Part shown: one piece after another, positions 49,069 through 58,026 of the stretch
How positions within the stretch are numbered: the stretch's first letter is position 1
Layout of the letters: the number at the start of each line of letters is the position of its first letter
Assembly (NCBI GenBank): GCA_037310415.1
Contig: CP147780.1
Coordinates: forward strand, 2,496,001-2,560,000
Length of the DNA: 64,000 nt
Reading direction: 5' to 3'
Origin: Candidatus Atabeyarchaeum deiterrae
Lineage (GTDB): Archaea; Asgardarchaeota; Atabeyarchaeia; Atabeyarchaeales; Atabeyarchaeaceae
The notes under the pieces: generated by a model
The model's input: only the letters and a program-made list of their open reading frames with translations
What the model was told of the DNA's origin: nothing
Databases searched by the model: none
Position numbers and translations under genes: made by a program

Positions 49069-50769
49069 TTATTTAAGCTCATCTCTTGCTGCTAACGTCT
49101 CCATAGAACTTAAGATGTGTCTAGCAGGCGACCTGCGCCCAAGTCCCCAGTAATTGGAGAAGCTCAGAGGCTTTACCTCCACTACTTTAACTTCTTCAAG
49201 TCTGGATTTTCTCATTCGTCGCACTATGATGATGCATGCTATCGCTATGACTGTAATTATTGGAGAAGCAATCACCAACGCCAATGTCAGGTCGAAATAG
49301 ATATAGTTCCCTCCACCATTGTTCGCGACTGCAAGATTTCCCGCGTAGTCGTATGCTTCGATATAATACTCGACCGATGAAGAGTGTTGAGGGGGTATTA
49401 CGGCAGAGTATATGTCGTCGTCTCCGATGGGAGTCATTGCAGTTCTTAGCCATGTCTTTCCGCTATCAGATGAATATACTAGAGTGGCATTCTTGACGGC
49501 GCTTGAACTGCTTCCAACATCAGTTATGGAGACTTGGATAGTCGCCGGCATTGATGTCGGCCAAAGAAACTGAATAGCGCTACTTATATCGATCTTGGGT
49601 GGGGTATTGTCCTGACTAATCAAGCTGATTGATACACGGAAGGACTGCGAGTACTGAGCCAAGATCGTTATGTTTATGTTATTTGAATAATCTAGAAGCT
49701 TGTTTGAGCTCGGGCTAACTGTGAAGGGAGCTTGTGAAAGTGTGCGATTAGGATGCTGCACCTGCACTATTCCTTGACCTGATTCACGGGTCTCATCACA
49801 ATAGAGGATCAACGTCCCATTTGAGGGCAGATTTACATCATATGGGAAATCTCTTTGTCTGTCCTCAACCAAATAGTATGTTTTAGTAGTGATTGGAATC
49901 TTTATTGCTGTGAAGTTAGTTCCTTGAATCTCAAGCGGATCAAGAATGCCGATGAGCATTCTCCCGACAAGAGTCGAATTTGCAGAGATCCATCCTAGTG
50001 CGATTCTGCTCCATGATGTCATCTGCGAAGGAAGCCAAGCTCCAGTCGCCATCAGATCCCACGGACCCACATAGGTGTCAGGACTGCTCTTGTACAAGTC
50101 TGGTAATCCCAAGAGGTGCCCGAATTCGTGTGCAAATATCCCCGCTGGGTCCGACTCTGCCACAATGGACGCTTCCTGAATGACAACACCGTCATTTGTC
50201 TGTAACCATATGCCGCTCCAAGTGGCTGACCAAATATCGTTTGGGCTATGTGATGATGCTTGATCGTTGCCTGAGTGTACAACCACTACTTTGTCGTAGT
50301 CGGCAAAGTTGACATAGGTGTCGACATTTTTGACGACATCCCGTACCAGCCACCAACTATAGTCGTCCGATCCGTACTGTATTGTGGTGTTGCTGAGGTG
50401 CACCCAATCAGTCGTGTTTCCAGTTATTGTCATCTTGTCGTATGATACTTCTTCGTAGTATGACCTCATATCCGTAAAAACGGTGGAGTTTATCTGCGAA
50501 CGAGTCTTGGAGTAAGGCACGTCAGAGAGTTCAGCAAGTATCACAATCACGCTATGGTTCTGAATAGGCGGTGCGCCGTCTTGATGAATCTGCTGGTTGG
50601 TCCACACTTCATTCAAGGTCTTTCCTGATTGGGCACTATTCAACATGGCTCCTGCGATAGGAGTATACGCGGCTGCAACATAATATGCAGGAATTATGAG
50701 AACCGCTATCAGTACGCCGATCTTGAGAAAACTCTTCTGTCCGGTCTGAGCTGCGGGATTGTTCTTCAA
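49069..50769 (-). CDS. M6 (immune inhibitor A)-family metalloprotease, membrane anchored
   Basis: YYEEVSY, VVHSG, AHEFGHLLGLPDLY, WDLMATG, YYLVEDR; signal peptide and C-terminal TM. Confidence 0.9.
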   Translation of the reverse strand: MKNNPAAQTGQKSFLKIGVLIAVLIIPAYYVAAAYTPIAGAMLNSAQSGKTLNEVWTNQQIHQDGAPPIQNHSVIVILAELSDVPYSKTRSQINSTVFTDMRSYYEEVSYDKMTITGNTTDWVHLSNTTIQYGSDDYSWWLVRDVVKNVDTYVNFADYDKVVVVHSGNDQASSHSPNDIWSATWSGIWLQTNDGVVIQEASIVAESDPAGIFAHEFGHLLGLPDLYKSSPDTYVGPWDLMATGAWLPSQMTSWSRIALGWISANSTLVGRMLIGILDPLEIQGTNFTAIKIPITTKTYYLVEDRQRDFPYDVNLPSNGTLILYCDETRESGQGIVQVQHPNRTLSQAPFTVSPSSNKLLDYSNNINITILAQYSQSFRVSISLISQDNTPPKIDISSAIQFLWPTSMPATIQVSITDVGSSSSAVKNATLVYSSDSGKTWLRTAMTPIGDDDIYSAVIPPQHSSSVEYYIEAYDYAGNLAVANNGGGNYIYFDLTLALVIASPIITVIAIACIIIVRRMRKSRLEEVKVVEVKPLSFSNYWGLGRRSPARHILSSMETLAARDELK

Positions 50770-50779
50770 GGAGTGCTTC

Positions 50780-51040
50780 TCATCCTCCAGCCACCGGCAA
50801 TATCAAGGATACTTCATCTCCTTCTTTCAGAAGAGGCGCGTCGAGCTCAGCTTTCCTCACTATTCTTCCTCCTATGAATGCGCCTGCTTGCTTCAAGTTC
50901 TCTTCTGCCTTCGGATATTCTTCCAAGATGTTGTCTAGGAGTTCTTTGATTGTGCCTTTCTTAAGCTGAAATATATGTCTTTCTTCGCCGATCACTTGTT
51001 TCAAAGGCCCAACGAATCTTGCGCTGACTTTCAACGTCAT
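50780..51040 (-). CDS. MoaD/ThiS/SAMP ubiquitin-like sulfur carrier
   Basis: TIKELLDNI, LKEGDEVSLILPVAGG-stop. Confidence 0.92.
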   Translation of the reverse strand: MTLKVSARFVGPLKQVIGEERHIFQLKKGTIKELLDNILEEYPKAEENLKQAGAFIGGRIVRKAELDAPLLKEGDEVSLILPVAGG

Positions 51041-51143
51041 GTCCCTCGGTTGCACCCGTTTTGCTGGCACCTTGTGCGCTTTGATGGAATCTGAAAGTTG
51101 GCCTGGAATTTCCCCTAGTCCGCTATGTCGTACACCTATTGAA

Positions 51144-51782
51144 CTAGGAAATAAGTCTTAGCTCAACAGAGCCAAGAGTTTTCTGCATCATTTCCTCGAC
51201 GTGGAGTTTTCCCTCTTCTCTAATGACTCTCACAGGTTCGGTTGATGTCGCTGGTTTGCTGGGAACCGCCGTACAGCAAAGACCTGGCGAGATCGAGATG
51301 TCGTAAGTTCCTATTTGCTTCGCTATATCCATTATCTCCTGCTTATCCAACCCTATCAAAGGACGCAGGATAGGTATACTCACAGCTGAACTGATCGCCC
51401 TCAGGTTCTTTAGAGTTTGACTTGCCACTTGACCGATTGATTCACCAGTTACGAGGGCTTGGCATCCTTCTTTTGCAGCAATCTGTTCGCCCGTTCTGTA
51501 CATGAATCTCCTGCAAAGCACGCAGGTTAGATGTCGATCACAGTTTCTCATGATCTCAGTCTGGTTTGCGCCGTGTCCAGCTATGTAGAGTTTCAAAGGT
51601 TGATCGTAGAACCCTCTCAGAAGTTTTGCGAGAGTCTCGACCTTGCCTATGTTTTTCTTGTCCGAGTATGGCCAATTACTGAGGTGAAGTAGAACCATAT
51701 CGAATCCTCTTTTGATCATCATGTAGCAGGCAACTGCTGAGTCTATGCCACCCGAAATCAAGCATAACAACTTAGCTTTCAT
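51144..51782 (-). CDS. thiI: ThiI/TtuI-like PP-loop thiouridylase, catalytic domain only
   Basis: SGGIDS, CVLCRR, TGESIGQVASQTLKNL, LRPLIGLDK, GLCC; no THUMP domain. Confidence 0.85.
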   Translation of the reverse strand: MKAKLLCLISGGIDSAVACYMMIKRGFDMVLLHLSNWPYSDKKNIGKVETLAKLLRGFYDQPLKLYIAGHGANQTEIMRNCDRHLTCVLCRRFMYRTGEQIAAKEGCQALVTGESIGQVASQTLKNLRAISSAVSIPILRPLIGLDKQEIMDIAKQIGTYDISISPGLCCTAVPSKPATSTEPVRVIREEGKLHVEEMMQKTLGSVELRLIS

Positions 51783-52053
51783 ATAGACCTAGATCCTCGA
51801 GCAACTTTTCAATTAGACTCTTTGCAACATTCATGTCTTCAATGTCCTTGATCAAAACTCTTCCTGAAGGGAATACGGTAAATTCGTAGTCCCTTTTTAC
51901 GACCATAACGTAGTCTGTTACGGCTATTAACTCGTATCCTTTGCTCTCGAGTTCCTTTGAAGACTCGGTGAGGTTAATTCTCACCTGGCGCTTCAATACA
52001 GCTTCAAAAGCTGCTTTCGTTGAACACGGTCTTATTATGAACATGCTAACCAC
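51772..52053 (-). CDS. Small alpha/beta protein resembling a TBP-half/MoeB C-terminal domain
   Basis: FTVFPSGRVLIKDIEDMNVAKSL; overlaps the thiI start. Confidence 0.6.
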   Translation of the reverse strand: MVSMFIIRPCSTKAAFEAVLKRQVRINLTESSKELESKGYELIAVTDYVMVVKRDYEFTVFPSGRVLIKDIEDMNVAKSLIEKLLEDLGLYES

Positions 52054-52252
52054 ATCATGCCAGCATGAACCCGTCTACTCCTACAAGAGAGAATTCACCG
52101 TTTCTTTAATAAGCGTCTGCATCGTACCGCAGAGTCACGCGGCGTTGCTGGTAACTCGTATTCTGATCCACTATCAGAAAAAGGTGTCTATTGCGAGTAA
52201 CGATGTGTCTCGCTGAACGTTTGAGAAAGCAAGCAAGGGTTTGGTGTTGGTG

Positions 52253-53362
52253 ATGGTCGAAAAACGATGGAGGCTCTTAGACCTAGGCGGAATTGAGCCA
52301 GTTGCCACCCAAGCGGTTTACGAGGCGGTAGCTTTGGCAAGGAGCAAGGGGATTGTTCCTGACACTTTGGTCATATGCTGGCCTAGATCCCCTGTTGTCT
52401 GTGTTGGCTATTTTCAGGAAGTGGACAAGGAAGTCGATGTCGAATACTGCAGAGCAAAGAAGATCCCCATAGTCAGAAGAATTCTTGGCGGGGGCGCAGT
52501 CTACTTGGATTCGAATCAGGTGTTCTACCAGGTCATAGGTCAAAGAGGAAGCGACGCGATCCCAGTTGCAGTTGAATCGATTTTTGGCAAAATGCTGGGG
52601 GCGCCAGTCAAGACCCTCAATGAAATCGGAATTCAGGCAACTTACAAACCCGTGAATGATATTGAGGTGGAAGGTAGAAAGATCTCAGGTAATGGCGCAG
52701 GCGAGGTCGATGGAATGGCTATTCTAACAGGGAATATTATTCTCGATTTCAATTACGATGAGATGACCAAGATACTGAAGGTTCCAGATGAGAAATTCAG
52801 AGACAAACTGGTCAAATCTCTTAGGGAAAGAGTCACCACGGTGAAGCGAGAACTTGGGCAGGTGCCTCACCGACAGAAGATAATGGAGCTGCTTGTGAAT
52901 AACTTTGAGAAAACGCTGGGAGTCAGATTCGATCATGGGGTTCTAACAAAAGAAGAGCAAAGACTACTTGACAAGCTCACAAAGGAGAAGTATGCATCAA
53001 AGGAATGGACATATGAGAATAGCAGTAGACACCCTGCCTTGTCACAAACAAGAATAGTAAAGATAAGCGGTCGTTCCACGATCGGACAGGGAGTCTACAA
53101 GTCATCCGGCGGTCTGATCAGAGTCTCCGGCGAGTTCGTAGAGAGCAGCATTAATGACATATTGATTAGTGGTGACTTCACACTGATTCCGTCAAATAAA
53201 ATACCAGAATTGGAGAAAGTACTCATTACCGCGAAACTTGACGATCAGAATCTGACAGGCATCATCAGAAAGTTCTATGAGAGCCACAAAATTGAGGCAC
53301 CTGGTTCTAGTCCCGGTGACTTCGCCAGAGCAATCTTGATTGCCTCAGGAGTAAGCCACTAA
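52253..53362 (+). CDS. lplA: Lipoate-protein ligase A with C-terminal accessory domain
   Basis: VRRILGGGAVYLD, NDIEVEGRKISGNG, KSSGGLIR...ISGDF. Confidence 0.92.
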   Translation: MVEKRWRLLDLGGIEPVATQAVYEAVALARSKGIVPDTLVICWPRSPVVCVGYFQEVDKEVDVEYCRAKKIPIVRRILGGGAVYLDSNQVFYQVIGQRGSDAIPVAVESIFGKMLGAPVKTLNEIGIQATYKPVNDIEVEGRKISGNGAGEVDGMAILTGNIILDFNYDEMTKILKVPDEKFRDKLVKSLRERVTTVKRELGQVPHRQKIMELLVNNFEKTLGVRFDHGVLTKEEQRLLDKLTKEKYASKEWTYENSSRHPALSQTRIVKISGRSTIGQGVYKSSGGLIRVSGEFVESSINDILISGDFTLIPSNKIPELEKVLITAKLDDQNLTGIIRKFYESHKIEAPGSSPGDFARAILIASGVSH

Positions 53363-53475
53363 CATCAGGAAACCATAGCCCAAGTATTGTCGCACGAAGA
53401 CGAAGGCGGTCCCTTCACAGAATTCTGCATCTCACCGTCTTGCTTCCAAGCCTTATCTTGATGAAGTTTTCTTTA

Positions 53476-54723
53476 TCATGTCTGCAGATTTGCACCACAC
53501 TGTGGACAATAGTTCACATGAAAGCCTTTTAAAGCCAAGCCACAATATGGACAGAAGCTGGGAGATGTACGAACCATTACTCCCCTTCCATCCTCGCTTT
53601 CCCCGAGAGTCCGATCTTCCCTGTTCTGAAGCACTGGGCGGATCTCTGCACCCCGAGCGCTGCTTCTTCTTCCCAATGTCTTTACCACTGCGCCGATGAG
53701 AAACAATCCTGCAAGCAGACCTCCGCCGCCGATTATCAGAATGATCACAGGGTCGACAGGAAATGCGATGGGTCCAGTATCAGGCGATGGCACTTTCTCA
53801 ATAATGAATCCATACCAGAATTGACTACCGGAATAAATTGTGAAGGGGTGGACTTGGCTGTAGTATCCATCTTTAGAGCATTCAAATTGATAGAATCCCG
53901 TCAATATATTGTTGAAATAGACGGCCCCCCATGAATCTGTAACATTCGACAGCGCGGGTTGACCGAATGGTTCGAAACTTGAGACAACGACAACACCAGC
54001 GACAGGTGCATTTGTGACCGAGTCTACGACCCAGATAGCCAACGACCCATTTGTCGGGTTCCATAACGATTCTGCCAATCCAAGGACGTCGTATGCAGTA
54101 CAGCAAATGCCTCCTTGTTGGCATGTTATGTCTATGACCTTTCCGCTCAAGTACTGGGATGCGCCCTTCATGACCAAGTCATTTGTCAGGTTGCGATTCC
54201 ATGAATACCAATGGCTGAGTTGTGTTCCAATAAGGAAGTACTTGTCGGCCGCAGTGTCAGTAGGCTGACTGCTCTGCAACCTGTAGTGCAAGTACAAGAT
54301 AGGTTGTCCTGGAGCTGTTATTGTCAGCACTGTTTCATGCCAATCCGAATCGTCAATTGACACAATTGCGAGCATAGCGCCTTGGAATCGGCTGACATTG
54401 GAGATCGAGTACGACAGTGGCTGGAAGAAGTAGTCATAGTAATGATTGTTCAACCCAGAGCATAATCCCTCATATTTCGAAATCCAGTCATCTGAATCAG
54501 CAACCAAGGGATGATTCACTACTGTCCATCCAGTGAAATCATCTGTCTCAAAGTCGCCATTTATTATTGCGTTTGTGCCATTGCTTGGTGAAGAATGATA
54601 TGCTGGATATGCCAACGCACTGCCGATGCTGGTACCTGGCTTAGCGATTGGGACAGGAGTCGCCAAGGCTACCAGCAGGACAGCAATGATTAACCCACTG
54701 GCCAGAATTCTCTGCTTTCTCAG
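53476..54723 (-). CDS. Single-pass membrane protein: beta-sandwich + carboxypeptidase-regulatory-like ectodomain, cytoplasmic Zn ribbon
   Basis: INGDFET..TGW; TDSWG..F..ILTGFYQFECSKDGY; TM; CPYC...CPQC; signal peptide is complete only if started at CTG 54723 or ACG 54732. Confidence 0.78.
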   Translation of the reverse strand: MRKQRILASGLIIAVLLVALATPVPIAKPGTSIGSALAYPAYHSSPSNGTNAIINGDFETDDFTGWTVVNHPLVADSDDWISKYEGLCSGLNNHYYDYFFQPLSYSISNVSRFQGAMLAIVSIDDSDWHETVLTITAPGQPILYLHYRLQSSQPTDTAADKYFLIGTQLSHWYSWNRNLTNDLVMKGASQYLSGKVIDITCQQGGICCTAYDVLGLAESLWNPTNGSLAIWVVDSVTNAPVAGVVVVSSFEPFGQPALSNVTDSWGAVYFNNILTGFYQFECSKDGYYSQVHPFTIYSGSQFWYGFIIEKVPSPDTGPIAFPVDPVIILIIGGGGLLAGLFLIGAVVKTLGRRSSARGAEIRPVLQNREDRTLGESEDGRGVMVRTSPSFCPYCGLALKGFHVNYCPQCGANLQT

Positions 54724-54821
54724 CTTGTCCGTCTCTCTTGTTCCTCCTCAATTGCACTAAACAATGAAATCGATTTCACACTCTTAAGTTCTTCTCTTGT
54801 AGCCACGTTGGTCTCCTTCTC

Positions 54822-56669
54822 TCAGGAATGGCGGATGATTAGTCTGCGCCCAGTATGCTCATCTTTGAGGTCTCCTTCGTTCAAATGGCTACCGCACATC
54901 GGACAGTAGTTCCTCAAATGGATCCACTGAAGCAGATGAGCTCTGTGCCCAGCATTTCCACAGTGTGGACAGTACAGGATCGGCTCACTTGATTCGACAT
55001 TTGAGCCACAGACCATGCATTTTCCTCCAACACGAGGTTCGATCTTTGCTCTCTCAATAGGTTTTATGGTCGACCTAGGAAACGTTCCCAGCCTTACCCC
55101 GCAGTTGAAGCAATACAATGAGTCAGGATGTGAAACCTCGGCGCCACAGTTGTGGCAATATCTCGGAGTGGAAATGGGAGCCGCCTCTCCGCGGACAGAT
55201 TCAGTCTCTTGTCGAAGGTCCCTTCCGATCGGATAGTCACGCATCGACGCTCTTACTTGACGACGTCGTATCGTCGAGACAACACCCATGATTGCGATCA
55301 GAAAGACTGCCCCTCCCGATATCAATAGAAAGTTGAAGTCAAAAGTGCTACCAGGATTCCCATCACCACCCAGATTACCACCGGTAAGCGGGGAAAGAGC
55401 AGTACCTATGCAGTAGACAGAATTTGAACCTACTGCCACTACGATTTCCTGTCTGCCATCTGCATTCAGATCTGCGAAGGATGGAGGCGCGCTTAAGTAA
55501 TCACCCAAATAGAATTTCCACTCAAGGCCATAAACCGTGTCACCGCAGTAGAGATTGTTATCAGAGCCTGCCACCACAACTTCGTTGCGGAGGTTTCCGT
55601 CCATATCGGCAATCCCGGGAGAGAAACTGTAGAGATAGGAGTCCGCCATAAAAAGATATTTCACTCCCTCGATCCCGTCAAGGAACAAGACGCTGGATCC
55701 TCCTGAGGGAATCACAACTTCCTGTTGGGAATCTGTGTCGATATTGCCGACCGCAGCGATTCCTCCAGATGGCGATTTGTAAATAGACTTTACTGAACCA
55801 TTGCCATTGAGACAGTAGATGTTGCCATCGTAAGATCCCACTACTATTACTGGCTTTCCACTTCCATCTCCATTGAAAACGACTGGGGGAAAAGTATAGT
55901 AGTTGTAATAGCTTGGTCCTTGGCTGCGACTCCAGTTCAAAGCGCCTGTTTCATTAAGACAGTAGATTGTGGTGGTTACCTGTCCATACTGGTCATACGC
56001 ACTTGAGAATAACACTATCTCAGGTTTGCCATCCTCGTTTAAGTCGGCGACGACAGGCGGCGAAAGACTGCCTCCTGCATTGAACTTCCACTGTAGTCCC
56101 CCCGTCCCATTTAAGCAGTACAGTGTATAGTTGTCCGATTCTGCAAATATCTTTTGGCCAACGCCTCCGCCAACTTTCGCTATTACCAGAGCCGGAGTGA
56201 TTGGACTTCCCGTCGCAAAGCTCCACTTCAAGCCACCAGTACTGTTCAGGCAGTAGACATACGAATTATAGGACCCAAGCACTATTTCCTTCTGTCCGTC
56301 ACCGTCCACATCTGCAGCCACAACAGAGGAAACGGAGTCTGGCACGCTTTGGGACACCCATTTCAAACTTCCATTATTGCCTAGCCAGTAGAAACCATAG
56401 TAACCGCCCTGACCGAAAAGGATCTCCAGCTTTCCATCATTGTCAATGTCATCGACGCAAGGTCTGCAGTTGAAGTAGCCCCCATATGTCTGATAGCGCC
56501 ATTCTATTGTCGGCACAATATAGCCATATACGAAATTTCGTTGGGTATGATTGTCCACCATCAACTTCGTAATGCCAAGTTGGCTTGTTCTAGCACTAGA
56601 CGGACTGCTTATCAATAGGGAAATAATCACTACCGCTCCGATGGCGAACAATCGATTTCGCGTTTTCAG
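54822..56669 (-). CDS. Single-pass membrane protein: FG-GAP/PQQ-type beta-propeller ectodomain, Zn ribbon + RING-like domain
   Basis: Repeats ADVDGDGQKEIVLGS...YCLN..G.LKW; TM; CHNC..CFNC; same RING spacing as the 43 kb gene; CTG start at 56669 inferred. Confidence 0.82.
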   Translation of the reverse strand: MKTRNRLFAIGAVVIISLLISSPSSARTSQLGITKLMVDNHTQRNFVYGYIVPTIEWRYQTYGGYFNCRPCVDDIDNDGKLEILFGQGGYYGFYWLGNNGSLKWVSQSVPDSVSSVVAADVDGDGQKEIVLGSYNSYVYCLNSTGGLKWSFATGSPITPALVIAKVGGGVGQKIFAESDNYTLYCLNGTGGLQWKFNAGGSLSPPVVADLNEDGKPEIVLFSSAYDQYGQVTTTIYCLNETGALNWSRSQGPSYYNYYTFPPVVFNGDGSGKPVIVVGSYDGNIYCLNGNGSVKSIYKSPSGGIAAVGNIDTDSQQEVVIPSGGSSVLFLDGIEGVKYLFMADSYLYSFSPGIADMDGNLRNEVVVAGSDNNLYCGDTVYGLEWKFYLGDYLSAPPSFADLNADGRQEIVVAVGSNSVYCIGTALSPLTGGNLGGDGNPGSTFDFNFLLISGGAVFLIAIMGVVSTIRRRQVRASMRDYPIGRDLRQETESVRGEAAPISTPRYCHNCGAEVSHPDSLYCFNCGVRLGTFPRSTIKPIERAKIEPRVGGKCMVCGSNVESSEPILYCPHCGNAGHRAHLLQWIHLRNYCPMCGSHLNEGDLKDEHTGRRLIIRHS

Positions 56670-56871
56670 GTATGACTCATCCCCCGGATACCCTCATCTT
56701 GATCTTTTAACGGGGGGAGATGCTCCTTTATATCTATCGTTTTCAAGGGTCTTGGCTTGTCCAGGTAAATCTTTTGCGTTGGAGGTAGGATAATGTATGG
56801 TCTACCCAGTCACCTTGAAATGAGCATACGTGACTCTAGAGATTCTAATGGAGAAGACCATCATAGGAGGT

Positions 56872-58011
56872 CTACCATGTCTGAGTTCCAGATATGATCT
56901 CTGCGATGTCAAGCACTGGCAGCTTTCTTTCTCCCTGCACACTTCTGTTTTGGACTTCGATCATCTGATCTTTGCAGAATGGGCAAGCAGTGGAGATAGA
57001 ATCCGCGCTGGTTGCGCGCGCCTCTTCTAGTCGCCTAAGACCAACTGACTCGGCAATATTCGGGTACGATGTTCTTAGACCGCCGCCACTCCCGCAGCAG
57101 TTGCTGTTCTTCTTGTTCCAGTCCATCTCAACAAGTTTGAGTTCCTTGACTTGTTGGAGGATGTTCCTCGGTTGGTCGTAGATGTTGCTGTGTCTTCCTA
57201 AGTGGCATGGGTCATGGTATGTGACTTTTCCAGCATGGGTTACTTCGGGGAGTGTTCTGCCTGATGAGTCAAGGTATTCAGTCAGATGCATTACTTTCGC
57301 GTCCAGTTTGAATCCTAGTCGTGGGTAGTCTTCCTTGAGAGTTCTGTGGCAACCTGGACACCCTGTGACTATTGTGTTGCATCCAAGCTTGTTTATTGAC
57401 TCAGCATTGTGTGTCAGAAGTCTCTTTGCTGAGTCCTCTAGCCCTAATCTGATTAGAGGTGAGCCGCAGCATTTTTCTGAGTCGGCCATCACGGTGTAAT
57501 TCTCATTCATCGTTTTGAAGATGGTTGTTATTGCGTTGGCGATCTCTGGATGCCGATAAGCTGTCGTGCAACCTACGAAGTACAAGGTTTCTGCTTTCTT
57601 AGCGCTCTTCTGGGTTCCCAGTTTGATTCTTGAGAATCTTTTGTTGTTTGCTTCCCCGTAGGGGTTGAAGTCTCTCAGCGTGGTCTCGTTCATCCGGGTT
57701 ACGCTTTGTGGTGACAATCCTTGGTGAACTATTTCCTTTCTGGCGGTCTCCATTATGCTGGCGACATCTACCTCCGGTTTACACCAAGTCTTGCATAAAC
57801 CACATGTGGCGCACTGGTAGATTGCCTCAACTGCTTTTGGGGAATATGCCATTTTCTTTATTGATGCAAGATAATAAGCAGAGCTGCGCCCGTAAGGTGT
57901 AATTGACTCATTCTTAGTTACTATGCCAGTCGGGCAAACAAATCTGCACATCTTATAGCATCCAGTACACATCTTAGCGTCGAAAAGCGAATCTCTTTGA
58001 ACTGTCGCCAA
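56872..58011 (-). CDS. Fe-S oxidoreductase with two CCG domains (GlpC/HdrD-like)
   Basis: CTGCYKMCRFVCP, CATCGLCKTWC, CCGSP, YHDPCHLGR, CCGSGGG, CPFC. Confidence 0.9.
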   Translation of the reverse strand: MATVQRDSLFDAKMCTGCYKMCRFVCPTGIVTKNESITPYGRSSAYYLASIKKMAYSPKAVEAIYQCATCGLCKTWCKPEVDVASIMETARKEIVHQGLSPQSVTRMNETTLRDFNPYGEANNKRFSRIKLGTQKSAKKAETLYFVGCTTAYRHPEIANAITTIFKTMNENYTVMADSEKCCGSPLIRLGLEDSAKRLLTHNAESINKLGCNTIVTGCPGCHRTLKEDYPRLGFKLDAKVMHLTEYLDSSGRTLPEVTHAGKVTYHDPCHLGRHSNIYDQPRNILQQVKELKLVEMDWNKKNSNCCGSGGGLRTSYPNIAESVGLRRLEEARATSADSISTACPFCKDQMIEVQNRSVQGERKLPVLDIAEIISGTQTW

Positions 58012-58026
58012 TGTGAGTCCACTTCC

